Sequence record: PZ445134.1
Origin: a phage
DNA length: 64,000 nucleotides
Reading direction: 5' to 3' (one strand)
Made by a program: the position numbers and the translations under genes. Below the pieces are notes generated by a model. That model had not been told where the DNA came from. It was given only the letters and a program-made list of their open reading frames with translations, and did no database searches. Positions 48,257 through 57,763 of this stretch are shown here, piece by piece. The stretch's first letter is position 1; every line of letters starts with the position of its first letter.

Positions 48257-49570
48257 TCAAATAAAATGGACGTCAAACCGACCACGAGTTGTGCCAACAT
48301 ACAATAACTGTTTAGCTAATTCTGAATCGGCATAATGGATACACGGTGTATAAACAAAGGCCGTGTCAACAGACATACCCTGGGCCTTATGGAAGGTTGA
48401 TACTGGTAGTGCCTTCACCTTAGTGAACATACGTTTAGCATCCCAGAATTCGTTCCATGGAGCTTTACCACCTTTATTCCAAAATTTGTATGTTTCTGCG
48501 GTTTTAGCCAAAAACAAATTGAATTTATAAAGCTCTTCTTCAGAAGAAATAACCTTTATATCTTCGCGGATGTATTCTTCATCATCCCCATATGTTTCTA
48601 CTGTAAGATTCCAGTATCGTATCATATATTCACCTGAAACACCACGTGCTTTAACGAATGTAGACGTTTCTACAGCATCTCGAATACGAACGAATTGGCC
48701 GTTATTGAAAAGCATTTCGGTCATATTTTTACCATCTAGCTTATATGTCTTAGTAAATGGTTCTTGTAGAACAATGACTTCGTCTTTAACAAATGGTTTT
48801 TCTGTTTCAAGAAGTTTTCGGCGAATAATTGAATTTAACTTGTCCACCGACTTATTTGTGAATGCCATCATTCGATTTTCGAAAAGGTCTTCAGGAGTTT
48901 TAACGACGTTAAAATAGTTCATCATATACGATTTAAGGTCTGTATATCCATGAACACCGTGCCCATCAACTACTTTATCGTAAATCCATTTGCCGTTACG
49001 AATATCAGTCGCAACATCAATAATTGGTGCATTGCTACGTTTAACTTCTGTAAGGTTGCATTGCACGAAGTCTTTGTGTGTGAAGAAAGGACTTAGATAC
49101 GCAGTTGATTCGCCTGGGTCTACCGGACGAATCTGGCATCGGTCGCCGATTCCAATTACTGTACACCATTTAGGGATACTAGCTAACATTATTTTAAACA
49201 GAGAACGGTCGCACATTGATGCTTCATCAAATAACAGTACACGACACAAGGCTAAGTCGGGAACCTTTTTCTGTTCAAACAATACGTTTTCTTCGTATGT
49301 AGTCGGGTTGATTTTAAGAATGCTATGAATAGTCGATGCTTCTTGACCTGCGAGTTTGCTTAGAACCTTTTTAGCAGCATGTGTAGGGGCTGCTAAAATA
49401 ATACCTGATTCTCCAGAAGAAATAAGGGCTTCAACGATGAATCTAGTAAGGGTTGTTTTACCTGTACCAGCAGGCCCGTTAATAGTTACGTGATGTTTCT
49501 TTTCTTTAATAGCTTTCATAACAACGTTGAAGGCGTTTTTCTGGCCTTCGGTCAAATCATCAAATGTCAT
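48257..49570 (-). CDS. dda: Dda DNA helicase (SF1B)
   Basis: 437 aa; matches recalled T4 Dda (MTFDDLTEGQKNAFN.VMKAIKEKKHHVTINGPAGTGKTTLT.FI). Confidence 0.93.
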   Translation of the reverse strand: MTFDDLTEGQKNAFNVVMKAIKEKKHHVTINGPAGTGKTTLTRFIVEALISSGESGIILAAPTHAAKKVLSKLAGQEASTIHSILKINPTTYEENVLFEQKKVPDLALCRVLLFDEASMCDRSLFKIMLASIPKWCTVIGIGDRCQIRPVDPGESTAYLSPFFTHKDFVQCNLTEVKRSNAPIIDVATDIRNGKWIYDKVVDGHGVHGYTDLKSYMMNYFNVVKTPEDLFENRMMAFTNKSVDKLNSIIRRKLLETEKPFVKDEVIVLQEPFTKTYKLDGKNMTEMLFNNGQFVRIRDAVETSTFVKARGVSGEYMIRYWNLTVETYGDDEEYIREDIKVISSEEELYKFNLFLAKTAETYKFWNKGGKAPWNEFWDAKRMFTKVKALPVSTFHKAQGMSVDTAFVYTPCIHYADSELAKQLLYVGTTRGRFDVHFI

Positions 49571-49878
49571 CGTAAAGTCCCTGCAATTGGAATACTAACA
49601 ATACGGCCTGTGTCCAGGATTCGTTGATACAATTTTTGCGTCTCCGCATCTAGTTTAATGCGTTTCATTTCAAGCTTATTAAACCAGAACTTACGCGGAG
49701 TTTCGACCATTCTTAGAACTCCCATTTTTAAATCTGTTTTATACTGTGTTTTCAAAGTATCAAAAACTTTATCTGCAATATCCTTTCTAAAAAATACTGC
49801 AGGACGATGCTCATCAAGTGGAACCGGGACAGTAAATCCTTCCATATCTCGATAAACTATTGCATATACATAAACCAT
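49567..49878 (-). CDS. hypothetical protein, 103 aa (dda.1 position)
   Basis: Track ORF, coupled to dda. Confidence 0.55.
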   Translation of the reverse strand: MVYVYAIVYRDMEGFTVPVPLDEHRPAVFFRKDIADKVFDTLKTQYKTDLKMGVLRMVETPRKFWFNKLEMKRIKLDAETQKLYQRILDTGRIVSIPIAGTLR

Positions 49879-49880
49879 AA

Positions 49881-50627
49881 TTAACCTTTAATCAGTTGGA
49901 ATAATGATGCGCTAAGTGGTAGGCCACGTTTCAATTTTAATTTACCAATGAAACCAATCTTTTCAAAACGTTGCAGACCTTGGATAACTTTATCATATGT
50001 ATCGAAAAGCGATTCAGCGTCAGTTAATTTAGTTTTAGTTTTCCAGTCAGAGCCTTTAAGAAGAACGTTGAGTTTAGTAAGTTCATGTCCTTCCGCTTGA
50101 TGTGAGCCGTTAATGCGTGCTTTCAAAGCAACAATTCTAAGTTTAGATTCGTTAGATAAAGGTTGATTTTTCATCATGTTCGCCATATGCTTAACACGAT
50201 TTTCACGTTTTGCTCGGATTTTTAAAATAGTACCATAAACCTTTTTAATTTGGGCCCATTTCTTCTCGTCGAGATTAAGTTTCTCTACTTTACGGGCAGA
50301 AGGATTAGCGATACGCCTTGCAATGGCATCACGTTTCTCAATAAGTTCTTCTAATGTTAAATCAGAACGAGCCGTGTTATATTTTTTCTTAACTGGGATA
50401 ACATTACCTTTAATGTAGCCGATATCGTTATTAAAACGTTCTAAGGATAATTTCTCACCTTCAACAGAGTTATTGAAAGATTCACCTGAGTAAGCGCAGA
50501 CCTTTTGATCAAGAATGTTTTTAAGGTAATTAAAGTCTAAGTTAAAATCCTTAGAGCGTCTCTTCGCAGAAGCTCTAGTGTGGTCAAGACGACGATTGAT
50601 TTTGTTAATTTTATTATTTGATAACAT
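49881..50627 (-). CDS. srd: Srd-like protein (probable), 248 aa
   Basis: Map position between dda and modA and size as T4 srd; basic protein; AGAGGAAA SD; promoter 50678-50706. Confidence 0.5.
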   Translation of the reverse strand: MLSNNKINKINRRLDHTRASAKRRSKDFNLDFNYLKNILDQKVCAYSGESFNNSVEGEKLSLERFNNDIGYIKGNVIPVKKKYNTARSDLTLEELIEKRDAIARRIANPSARKVEKLNLDEKKWAQIKKVYGTILKIRAKRENRVKHMANMMKNQPLSNESKLRIVALKARINGSHQAEGHELTKLNVLLKGSDWKTKTKLTDAESLFDTYDKVIQGLQRFEKIGFIGKLKLKRGLPLSASLFQLIKG

Positions 50628-50677
50628 AATATTTTCCTCTGTCTTACGGACGTTAAGGTCATTTAGCTGATAAGCTT

Positions 50678-50706
50678 ATAATATCATGCCCTCAGGTAGT
50701 GTACAC
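50678..50706 (-). promoter_or_regulatory. T4-type early promoter (srd-like gene)
   Basis: minus strand GTGTAC, 17 nt, TATTAT. Confidence 0.45.
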
Positions 50707-50780
50707 TCTTTTTTCGTAAAATGCTTTAATTTTTTATGTGTTATAATGGTTCTGAGTTCCATCCGGTTATTCCAATCCGG

Positions 50781-51389
50781 TCAGTAACCGACAATAGACA
50801 GATTCCAGATTGTATAACGCCCATCTTGAATAATAGAATCTACACGCAGTGTAGTCCCTATAGGGAGCATAAATTCACATTCGTCAGATATAAGTCTAGC
50901 ATTAGACCGTCTTGTCGCTTCAGGGAAAGCTCCATTGAACTCACAAGATGGTGCAGCCAGAATCATATTAAGCATATGTTCACGGAAGTTGAAAGCAAAT
51001 GGTGCATCTTTGATGCAGAACATATTAAATGTTCCATAAAAATTATATGAAGCGAAGTTACGTGCTACACCAAACACCGGACTAAAGCTCATTACTCTGT
51101 CAAATTTAATAATACTACCAATGCCTTTATCATCGAGTGTGGCCATAGTTTTCTTAGAGATTCCACGATACATTGTCTCAGGAACAGAAGACGTCCAATT
51201 TCTACGAACAATTGCACTTAAATCTTGTTGGATGCTGTCTGGCTTGTTTTCCATACATTGCCATAGTACACTTTGTTCAATGTCGCTGAATTGCTCATCG
51301 ATTTTGTACTGAAGCATATCTTGATAATCCGGGCATTGAGCACGTCGAACCATTTCTTCAATTTCACACTCGTTATACGGCATAAACAT
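50781..51389 (-). CDS. modA: ADP-ribosyltransferase ModA
   Basis: 202 aa; paralogous to the next ORF; R-S-E ART features (YRG, S-x-S/ARNF, E-x-E region); T4 map position. Confidence 0.8.
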   Translation of the reverse strand: MFMPYNECEIEEMVRRAQCPDYQDMLQYKIDEQFSDIEQSVLWQCMENKPDSIQQDLSAIVRRNWTSSVPETMYRGISKKTMATLDDKGIGSIIKFDRVMSFSPVFGVARNFASYNFYGTFNMFCIKDAPFAFNFREHMLNMILAAPSCEFNGAFPEATRRSNARLISDECEFMLPIGTTLRVDSIIQDGRYTIWNLSIVGY

Positions 51390-51417
51390 TTAGATTTCTC
51401 CTGTGGTTGATAAAGGT

Positions 51418-51447
51418 ATAGTATCATCATCGGAAGAGTTTGTACAC
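51418..51447 (-). promoter_or_regulatory. T4-type early promoter (modA)
   Basis: minus strand GTGTAC, 18 nt, TACTAT. Confidence 0.45.
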
Positions 51448-52028
51448 TAAAAATTCAACATTTTCAAATGAATGATTTTGTATAATCGAGATAAAGGGTC
51501 ATATTCTAAGTCTTCAATTTTCACAATCTCAAATCTAGAGATACCTGAGGCCATGTACTCTTGTTCAGATTCAATCATATCTAGGACATCGATACGAGTT
51601 TCTTCCATAACATGCTTAGGGTTCTTTCCGGCAAGTACAATGTTAACCATGTTTTGGTAGTAATCAAAAATGAATGGAGCATTCCTGAGACTAAGAATAG
51701 TGTACGTCTGATATTCCCAGCTCCCGGAGAATTGACGAGCTGTACTGAAATCAGTTGTGAACGATGTTACTCGTCCAGGAGACCAATGACATCCAACAGA
51801 AAGAAGGGAAAGACGTTCTACTTCTTCTGGAGTTACACCGCGGTAGAGTTCTACTGGTACTGTAGAAGTCATATGCTTACGAACAAGATGGTCTAATTCA
51901 TAGTGGAAATCCGGGTCTTCCTTAGAATCAGTGCAAGCCCAGAGAATGTTTTGTTCTTGGCGGGTGAATTTGCTATCAATCAGATTTGTTAGGTATTCAC
52001 GTTCTTGAAGTTCAGATTGACATGTCAT
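51447..52028 (-). CDS. modB: ADP-ribosyltransferase ModB
   Basis: 193 aa; paralogue of modA (..ILW.C...K.D......L...VR...TS.VP...YRG..); promoter 52056-52084. Confidence 0.8.
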   Translation of the reverse strand: MTCQSELQEREYLTNLIDSKFTRQEQNILWACTDSKEDPDFHYELDHLVRKHMTSTVPVELYRGVTPEEVERLSLLSVGCHWSPGRVTSFTTDFSTARQFSGSWEYQTYTILSLRNAPFIFDYYQNMVNIVLAGKNPKHVMEETRIDVLDMIESEQEYMASGISRFEIVKIEDLEYDPLSRLYKIIHLKMLNF

Positions 52029-52055
52029 GATAGACCTCCATTTAAAGATAAGCCT

Positions 52056-52084
52056 ATCATAACACGAGAGGAGGGAATGTAAAC
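52056..52084 (-). promoter_or_regulatory. T4-type early promoter (modB)
   Basis: minus strand GTTTAC, 17 nt, TATGAT. Confidence 0.5.
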
Positions 52085-52248
52085 TACTTTTTAAGCTTTC
52101 CTACTAAAGGTCCATCAGGGCCGGGTTGTTCTAACATGAATAAGGATGCTTTAAAAAGCAATGTCAGCCCTTTCACCATTCGATACCATGTCTCAAAGTC
52201 TTTTTCCTTGATTTCTAGTAAGAATTTCTCTTTAAATTTCTCTTTCAT
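52084..52248 (-). CDS. hypothetical protein, 54 aa
   Basis: Manual translation MKEKFKEKFLLEIKEKDFETWYRMVKG...; ATG overlaps stop of upstream ORF (ATGA). Confidence 0.35.
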   Translation of the reverse strand: MKEKFKEKFLLEIKEKDFETWYRMVKGLTLLFKASLFMLEQPGPDGPLVGKLKK

Positions 52249-52433
52249 TTCCAAGGACTCCATGGTGGAGGGTCGTCATAATAAGAGGCAAGGTCTTTCA
52301 GGGCTTCAACAGGTAAACTAAAGCCGTGACGTTGTATAATACTATCTAGTTCATCAACAAGTTCACTACGATGCACTTTAGGAGCCTCAACTTCGGGCTC
52401 ATCAAACATACTCATCAAGTCCATATTATTCAC
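52245..52433 (-). CDS. hypothetical acidic protein, 62 aa
   Basis: Track ORF. Confidence 0.45.
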   Translation of the reverse strand: MNNMDLMSMFDEPEVEAPKVHRSELVDELDSIIQRHGFSLPVEALKDLASYYDDPPPWSPWK

Positions 52434-52890
52434 CGAGATAAAAACTAGCAGGTTCAGAGAATGTTTCTAGTGCTACGCCTTTTGTCTTAAAAAATTTCCA
52501 AATAGCTCGTTGCAAATGGATTAAATCTGCTAATGATGTAATAAAGTATTTTTTAGCAAAATACTTATGGTCTCGTTTTTCAAACAAATCTAAACGCTTT
52601 TCTGGATTCACATAAACGGCATTTTCCGTAGATTCATAACCTAAGTCCTTTATGCCTTCTTCAAGACTAAATGGAGAATTTTTAGAATGAGTAATAGCTC
52701 CAACTCGCTCTACACGAATTTTGTAACCTTTAGGAATCTGCAATTTGCAGAATTCTTCTACGATATATTGCGGATTATTTAGACTTTTGTTAATGAGAAT
52801 AGCTATTTCTAGTGGAGTCTTATCTTCTACTGGTATATGTTTAAACGACTTGGCTTCAAGCAAATACATTTTAAATAACATAGCATCCAT
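52426..52890 (-). CDS. hypothetical protein, 154 aa (mrh position)
   Basis: Track ORF. Confidence 0.55.
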   Translation of the reverse strand: MDAMLFKMYLLEAKSFKHIPVEDKTPLEIAILINKSLNNPQYIVEEFCKLQIPKGYKIRVERVGAITHSKNSPFSLEEGIKDLGYESTENAVYVNPEKRLDLFEKRDHKYFAKKYFITSLADLIHLQRAIWKFFKTKGVALETFSEPASFYLGE

Positions 52891-53096
52891 TATAATTTCC
52901 TCGATGGTTCACCCATATAAAGTTTTACAATACGTTCGCCTTCATCTTCGATGAGCTTCTCTTCGTGTTTCTGGAATTCTTTAGCCATATTCTCTTCAAG
53001 AACATCCAGCCAATCTTCCGGACCGACACCATCGTCCCAGCTTTTAAACCATCTTACCACTCTGTTCATTCGCAGCTCCCTGAGCTTGAACCACAA
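52890..53096 (-). CDS. hypothetical protein, 68 aa
   Basis: Track ORF. Confidence 0.45.
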   Translation of the reverse strand: MWFKLRELRMNRVVRWFKSWDDGVGPEDWLDVLEENMAKEFQKHEEKLIEDEGERIVKLYMGEPSRKL

Positions 53097-53314
53097 TCAG
53101 AATAACTTGTCCCAGAATCACCAGGCCAAGACGATACGTATGAATGATTATAATCGGAAGAGCTTGAAGCATTAACCTGTTTTGTTTTTGGACGAACAAC
53201 TTCTTCCATCATTCCGTCGCCGATATATTCCCAACTTTTTTCGTGTGTATCAGGAATAGGCATCATACCTTCGCCTGGTTTAACAGCAAACAACTTCTTC
53301 AGCATCGTAAGCAT
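53066..53314 (-). CDS. hypothetical Ser-rich protein, 82 aa
   Basis: Track ORF trimmed to ATG 53314 with GAGGAA SD; start uncertain. Confidence 0.4.
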   Translation of the reverse strand: MLTMLKKLFAVKPGEGMMPIPDTHEKSWEYIGDGMMEEVVRPKTKQVNASSSSDYNHSYVSSWPGDSGTSYSDCGSSSGSCE

Positions 53315-53507
53315 TAATTGTTCCTCGAACAAAACGAACACCACCATCGTCCCAACGGATTTCGGCGTTAAATTTGACGTCTTCACCATCCATCATGAAT
53401 GAGTGTACGACTACATCATCGTAATATCCAAGACCGTATTTCAACGAAACTTCTTGAGCAATCAAAGCACCTAATGTGTTATTAGGTTTAATCCAACGAT
53501 TTAACAT
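53280..53507 (-). CDS. hypothetical protein, 75 aa
   Basis: Track ORF trimmed to ATG 53507 with AGAGGAGA SD; longer version would include promoter 53536-53565. Confidence 0.45.
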   Translation of the reverse strand: MLNRWIKPNNTLGALIAQEVSLKYGLGYYDDVVVHSFMMDGEDVKFNAEIRWDDGGVRFVRGTINAYDAEEVVCC

Positions 53508-53535
53508 ATTGTTCTCCTCTTGAGTAAGTAAGAAT

Positions 53536-53565
53536 ATCTTAACACAGTTTTTAGTGTTTGTAAAC
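53536..53565 (-). promoter_or_regulatory. T4-type early promoter
   Basis: minus strand GTTTAC, 18 nt, TAAGAT. Confidence 0.4.
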
Positions 53566-53580
53566 TGTAGAAACAAAAAA

Positions 53581-53600
53581 AGGAATCCCGAAGGATTCCT
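53581..53600 (-). terminator. hairpin terminator after soc
   Basis: AGGAATCCCGAAGGATTCCT followed by UUUUUUGUUU on the minus transcript. Confidence 0.6.
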
Positions 53601-53608
53601 TAAATTAT

Positions 53609-53845
53609 TTAACCACTTACTGGTGTAGGGGTAAACATTGCAGCATTCTTAGTTTTCCAATCAGCTGCATCAGAAACTACAGTAGAATATGCTGCCTTTT
53701 CTGATGGAAAGATTTGGTAATGAGAATCTGCAATCCGATGTTCGTTTGAATAAATCTCAAACGGCACAGAAACTTCCATACCTTTAACTTCTTTGCCTTC
53801 ACCAGCAGGATGCGTAAAGGTTTTGATGTTTACATAACCACCCAT
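53609..53845 (-). CDS. soc: small outer capsid protein Soc
   Basis: 78 aa; matches recalled T4 Soc (GYVNIKTF...HYQ.FPSEKAAYSTV); minus-strand late promoter 53877-53884 just upstream. Confidence 0.88.
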   Translation of the reverse strand: MGGYVNIKTFTHPAGEGKEVKGMEVSVPFEIYSNEHRIADSHYQIFPSEKAAYSTVVSDAADWKTKNAAMFTPTPVSG

Positions 53846-53876
53846 AATTAACTCCTTTGTTGTTTAATTACAGGTG

Positions 53877-53884
53877 TATTTATA
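53877..53884 (-). promoter_or_regulatory. late promoter TATAAATA (soc)
   Basis: exact TATAAATA on minus strand between gp56 stop and soc start. Confidence 0.6.
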
Positions 53885-53890
53885 ACTTAA

Positions 53891-54412
53891 TCAGTAACCA
53901 TTATCCTGGCGTTCAAAGTTGTGTTGGTTTTTCAAGTAGTAAAGTTTAAAGATTTCTTCAGCGGAAAGACCCAGACCTTGGAACATGTTCAGGACAAAGT
54001 GGAGGATATCAATCATCTCGAATTTAATTTCAAGCTGGTCTTCAGGAGACAGTTCATCGATACGACGATTTCGATATTCAGCGTGTTGCGCCTTCCACGG
54101 TTTCCATACAGAGCTAGCGGCTTTTTCACCATTGCTCATACCACCAAGTGAAGTCAGCAGTTCACGGAATTCATCATCAATATAATCTTTCTGATTACGC
54201 AGCCAATCAACAACATCGCCAGCAGTGGCTAATTCATCAGGATGTTTGTTATGTTCAGGCTTGTCATTTGCCAGACGAACCTGTAAAGATTTCTGCATAT
54301 CAAGCATTACCTGCAGAGGGTCTTTATCTTCGTGAATCAGAGCATTAAAATAAGCTTCTTCTGCTTTATCAACACCAGAAATAAGTTGTGAACATTCGTT
54401 AAAGTGTGCCAT
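53891..54412 (-). CDS. 56: dCTPase/dCTP pyrophosphatase gp56
   Basis: Start ATG 54412 (MAHFNEC...) with AAGGAAA SD; near-identical to recalled T4 gp56 (GGMSNGEK.ASSVWKPWKAQHAE...LSPEDQLEIKFEMIDILHFVLNMFQGLGLSAEEIFKLYYLKN). Confidence 0.9.
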   Translation of the reverse strand: MAHFNECSQLISGVDKAEEAYFNALIHEDKDPLQVMLDMQKSLQVRLANDKPEHNKHPDELATAGDVVDWLRNQKDYIDDEFRELLTSLGGMSNGEKAASSVWKPWKAQHAEYRNRRIDELSPEDQLEIKFEMIDILHFVLNMFQGLGLSAEEIFKLYYLKNQHNFERQDNGY

Positions 54413-54502
54413 TATTTTTCCTTTCAATTTAGTATAAGAGAAGTTAATTCTAACATTAATTTTATAAAGCGTAATAAATAATAAGGTAACTAAGGAGATA
54501 TT

Positions 54503-54700
54503 ATGTTTAAACTTCCATCGTTAATCAACGCTATTAAAGGCAATAAAAAGAAAACTGCTATCGCTGCAATAGTTGTAGGTGGCATTATTTCATGGAACTT
54601 CGGGATTGCGCCATTGTTAGTTGCCCATGGTGTTATGGTTCCTTCTGTTCCATTGGATACTGTAGTTGATTTGGCCTTTGCTATTATAGGGCTTGTTTAA
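54503..54700 (+). CDS. small membrane protein, 65 aa (plus strand)
   Basis: Strong TAAGGAGA SD 5 nt before ATG; two hydrophobic segments; occupies the 56-61 interval. Confidence 0.55.
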   Translation: MFKLPSLINAIKGNKKKTAIAAIVVGGIISWNFGIAPLLVAHGVMVPSVPLDTVVDLAFAIIGLV

Positions 54701-55719
54701 ATCTTAGAATAATGAGATAATCTCATTTTAGCATGCAACCCACTTGAAATATTCTGTTTCATATATTCTAAAATTTCTTGTGGTGTTGCATTTTCTTTCA
54801 TTACCATATCATTCACATCCTTTGATCTCCACGGAGCTCGGTCCCAGAACATGACACGTTCGCCTGCATCAACTAATCGCTTCATGCGAGCTATAGTATC
54901 CGGATGCCTAGGTTCATTATCCATCACCCATACCCGACGTTCTTTAAATGGTACCACATCTAAATCTATTGAGCCGCCTGTAATAGCGATTGCATTGGGT
55001 ATGAATAAACTATCAATAGGGCCTTCCATTACCCAGACGTCTCCTTCCTTAACACGTTCAACACCATAAATTTTTGTTGCAGACTCAAACGCTTTAATAG
55101 TGATATATTTCTGAGGAGCATCTTTACGAAGTGCACGTCCTTGGAATGACTCAGCCTTCCCATCTTTATTAAAAATAGGAATCACTAAACGTGGTTCGGG
55201 AATCTCTTTCTTATACGTACCAGGTTGAATCTTGTTGACCAATTTAGGCCATTCTAATGTGAACCATAATCTGTTCCATGATTCTTTAGGAATGCATCGA
55301 GACTTAACATATTTCACAATAGGATGCTCTTCAGGCAGCTTGTCCAGACGAGAACAAGACGGCAAAGAATTTATAGTCTTTTTCTCTGGCTCTGGCTTAG
55401 CTTCAGGAACCTTTTCAATCTTTGGTTCCATTCTAGCTTTTTCTTTACGAACTTCCATTAGATATTCGCGATAAAGCTCTTCATCATACTCTTTTAAGTA
55501 TCCGGAAATTGTATTGTGGTATTGACAATTATAGCAATGTACATTACCAGGAGTACCGCCATAATACCATCCGCGAGCTTTCATTGCATCTGTCTGGGAA
55601 TCGCCACAAACTGGACATCGAAATGTTAATTTAAATGTGCTTGAATTATTGATTTGTCTAAAACGAGGTAGGTGAGAAAACGCACGATAAGCAAATTCAT
55701 TATCTATCCATTCAGCCAT
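54697..55719 (-). CDS. 61: DNA primase gp61
   Basis: 340 aa; N-terminal zinc ribbon (CPVCGDS...CYNCQYH) and TOPRIM-like core; T4 map position. Confidence 0.9.
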   Translation of the reverse strand: MAEWIDNEFAYRAFSHLPRFRQINNSSTFKLTFRCPVCGDSQTDAMKARGWYYGGTPGNVHCYNCQYHNTISGYLKEYDEELYREYLMEVRKEKARMEPKIEKVPEAKPEPEKKTINSLPSCSRLDKLPEEHPIVKYVKSRCIPKESWNRLWFTLEWPKLVNKIQPGTYKKEIPEPRLVIPIFNKDGKAESFQGRALRKDAPQKYITIKAFESATKIYGVERVKEGDVWVMEGPIDSLFIPNAIAITGGSIDLDVVPFKERRVWVMDNEPRHPDTIARMKRLVDAGERVMFWDRAPWRSKDVNDMVMKENATPQEILEYMKQNISSGLHAKMRLSHYSKI

Positions 55720-55758
55720 AGTATTCTCCAGAGGCCTTAAATTAATAAGGCCATCATA

Positions 55759-56253
55759 TCACAACTTATTAATATTTACTTTAATTCGCTTTCTTTTCTT
55801 GGAAGGAATTTGTTCTGGACCTTTATTTACGACTGCACCTGTAGTTGTTCCTGATGCAATAGCTTGAGGACTACCGCCTGAATCACCAGCAACCATATCC
55901 TCAAATAAAGGGAGTTCTTTAAATATTTCTTTCTGTTGTTCTTCCGTAATGTTATAGCGTGAAGCTACAGCACTCCAGGCAGACATCATTGAGGCCATTC
56001 CATTAAGACCTGGAACAGTGCTCATCATTCGCTTCATTGAACGAACTGAAGCATGAAAAGGTGTATAAGCCGCTTTCTCTTCGGGAGTAGAAGGACGTTT
56101 AAGAACACTTCCACGTTCATCGATGATTTTGGCTTCGTATGCTTTCCATTCGGTAAAAGGTTTTTGCATTAGTCGAATAAACTTATATGCATAAACAGAA
56201 TCTATTGCAGTGTTAATAATACCCATAGGTACCTCCTGAGTATATTTAATCAA
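55759..56253 (-). CDS. hypothetical protein, 164 aa (61.1 position)
   Basis: Track ORF; C-terminal basic tail KKRKRIK. Confidence 0.55.
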   Translation of the reverse strand: MIKYTQEVPMGIINTAIDSVYAYKFIRLMQKPFTEWKAYEAKIIDERGSVLKRPSTPEEKAAYTPFHASVRSMKRMMSTVPGLNGMASMMSAWSAVASRYNITEEQQKEIFKELPLFEDMVAGDSGGSPQAIASGTTTGAVVNKGPEQIPSKKRKRIKVNINKL

Positions 56254-56443
56254 TTACACAGATTGCTTTGTCACCATTTATATCTGTGACTTCATATGTA
56301 GTGCCTTCATACTGCGGAATATTCCAAATTACACCATCATTAGCTTTTACGCTAATATGGTATTGGTGTTTTGAAACAACTTCATAATCTTCAAAACTTG
56401 TAAAAACACTAATTTTAGAACCAGTGCAAATTGCAGTAGTCAT
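56246..56443 (-). CDS. hypothetical protein, 65 aa
   Basis: Track ORF. Confidence 0.45.
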   Translation of the reverse strand: MTTAICTGSKISVFTSFEDYEVVSKHQYHISVKANDGVIWNIPQYEGTTYEVTDINGDKAICVID

Positions 56444-56444
56444 T

Positions 56445-57104
56445 TTAACCTCGATTCATAAATGCGTTAAATATTTGGTCATCAACAGAAATTTCTAATT
56501 CGACTTCAATTGTTTCAGCCTTTTCTTCAGGTGGTAATTCGTATCCACACACTACAATTTTTTCATCGATATCAAAATATACAGAAGCAATACGATTAAT
56601 GTTACTTTCAGTTAAGTCTAAATCAACATCAACATCTTTTTGACCTACACTTAAAGGATAACTAATACGGGTTATTTTATTATCTTTAACAAAGAGTCCA
56701 CCGACATACTCTGTACTATGTTTGAAGCTTACACGTTTCCGAAATGAAAGATATGATGCATCTTTACCGTGAGCTCGGCTCATAGGACATAATGAATAGC
56801 TAGAATAAGAGATGTCAAATCCTACACCTTCAATATGAGCCAACGCGTCATGATTAAACCAATTATAATCATATGCCAAATCCATTATATTGTAATATGT
56901 GAAAGGCACTGGATTAACATCATACGTTGTACCTTTAAAATCTGCCCAGGCAACGATTTCGTTATCTTTAACAATTACAAAAATTACACCAATATGGTAT
57001 CCGTTATTATTTTCATTCGGCGTTATATTATAACATTGTGCATTAGGAAATTTACCATATTTAAATGGTGCGTTTTTGTGCATGTAATAAATCATATTAT
57101 TCAC
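56445..57104 (-). CDS. hypothetical protein, 219 aa
   Basis: Track ORF. Confidence 0.55.
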   Translation of the reverse strand: MNNMIYYMHKNAPFKYGKFPNAQCYNITPNENNNGYHIGVIFVIVKDNEIVAWADFKGTTYDVNPVPFTYYNIMDLAYDYNWFNHDALAHIEGVGFDISYSSYSLCPMSRAHGKDASYLSFRKRVSFKHSTEYVGGLFVKDNKITRISYPLSVGQKDVDVDLDLTESNINRIASVYFDIDEKIVVCGYELPPEEKAETIEVELEISVDDQIFNAFMNRG

Positions 57105-57390
57105 CTGTGATTTCGGTTACGATATCTTTGTTATCGAAATTAGGGTCACAATACAAAACATAGTTGTACTGCATGATACCGCCAGACTTAAGTTGTCCAA
57201 CAACTTTATTAACCATATTAGGACGGTCTCGTTTAGTGATGTTCATGATATCAGAGAAGATTTGTTGTTCAACATCTTCTTGATTTGCAGTCATTGACCA
57301 CTCACAGAGGTCTTTATCATAACCTGCTGTAACTGGAGCTGGTGCACATGATACTGCAAGTAAGATTGCTGCCAATGATAACTTTTTCAT
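57097..57390 (-). CDS. sp: spackle periplasmic protein Sp
   Basis: 97 aa with signal peptide; matches recalled T4 Sp (AGYDKDLCEWSMTA.Q..VE.QI..DIMNI.KRDRP...SGG.MQYNYVLYCD.NF.NK); promoter 57420-57449. Confidence 0.85.
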   Translation of the reverse strand: MKKLSLAAILLAVSCAPAPVTAGYDKDLCEWSMTANQEDVEQQIFSDIMNITKRDRPNMVNKVVGQLKSGGIMQYNYVLYCDPNFDNKDIVTEITGE

Positions 57391-57419
57391 TTTAACTCCT
57401 TAGTTGATTTGATAGGACT

Positions 57420-57449
57420 ACTATACCATAGTCCATCTATAATGTAAAC
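57420..57449 (-). promoter_or_regulatory. T4-type early promoter (sp)
   Basis: minus strand GTTTAC, 18 nt, TATAGT. Confidence 0.5.
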
Positions 57450-57453
57450 AACT

Positions 57454-57702
57454 TTATTCTTTTTCGCGAATAATAATTACTTGTTGAGGCTGCTGGGCAG
57501 ATTTCTTTTCGGCAACGATAGACCAAATTAAAGTTCCAATCCAACCAATCATCGTCCAGTTAAAGAGTAAAGATATAAAGAAGATTGCTGTTGTGCTTTT
57601 TGTGCCACGAATAAGTGCGATTACCCAAGGCAACATGTAAATGATGATTGAACCAATACCTGCGATTAAAACTGCTACTGAACTAGCTACGAATAATTCC
57701 AT
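57454..57702 (-). CDS. small inner-membrane protein, 82 aa (superinfection-immunity-like?)
   Basis: Two TM segments with LLFNWTMIGWIGTLIWS motif reminiscent of Imm-type proteins; promoter 57731-57760. Confidence 0.5.
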   Translation of the reverse strand: MELFVASSVAVLIAGIGSIIIYMLPWVIALIRGTKSTTAIFFISLLFNWTMIGWIGTLIWSIVAEKKSAQQPQQVIIIREKE

Positions 57703-57730
57703 GTTAATTTCCTCTTGATTTGTTATGTTT

Positions 57731-57760
57731 ATAATATCTTGTTTTAACTTTGGTGTAAAC
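57731..57760 (-). promoter_or_regulatory. T4-type early promoter
   Basis: minus strand GTTTAC, 18 nt, TATTAT. Confidence 0.55.
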
Positions 57761-57763
57761 CAA

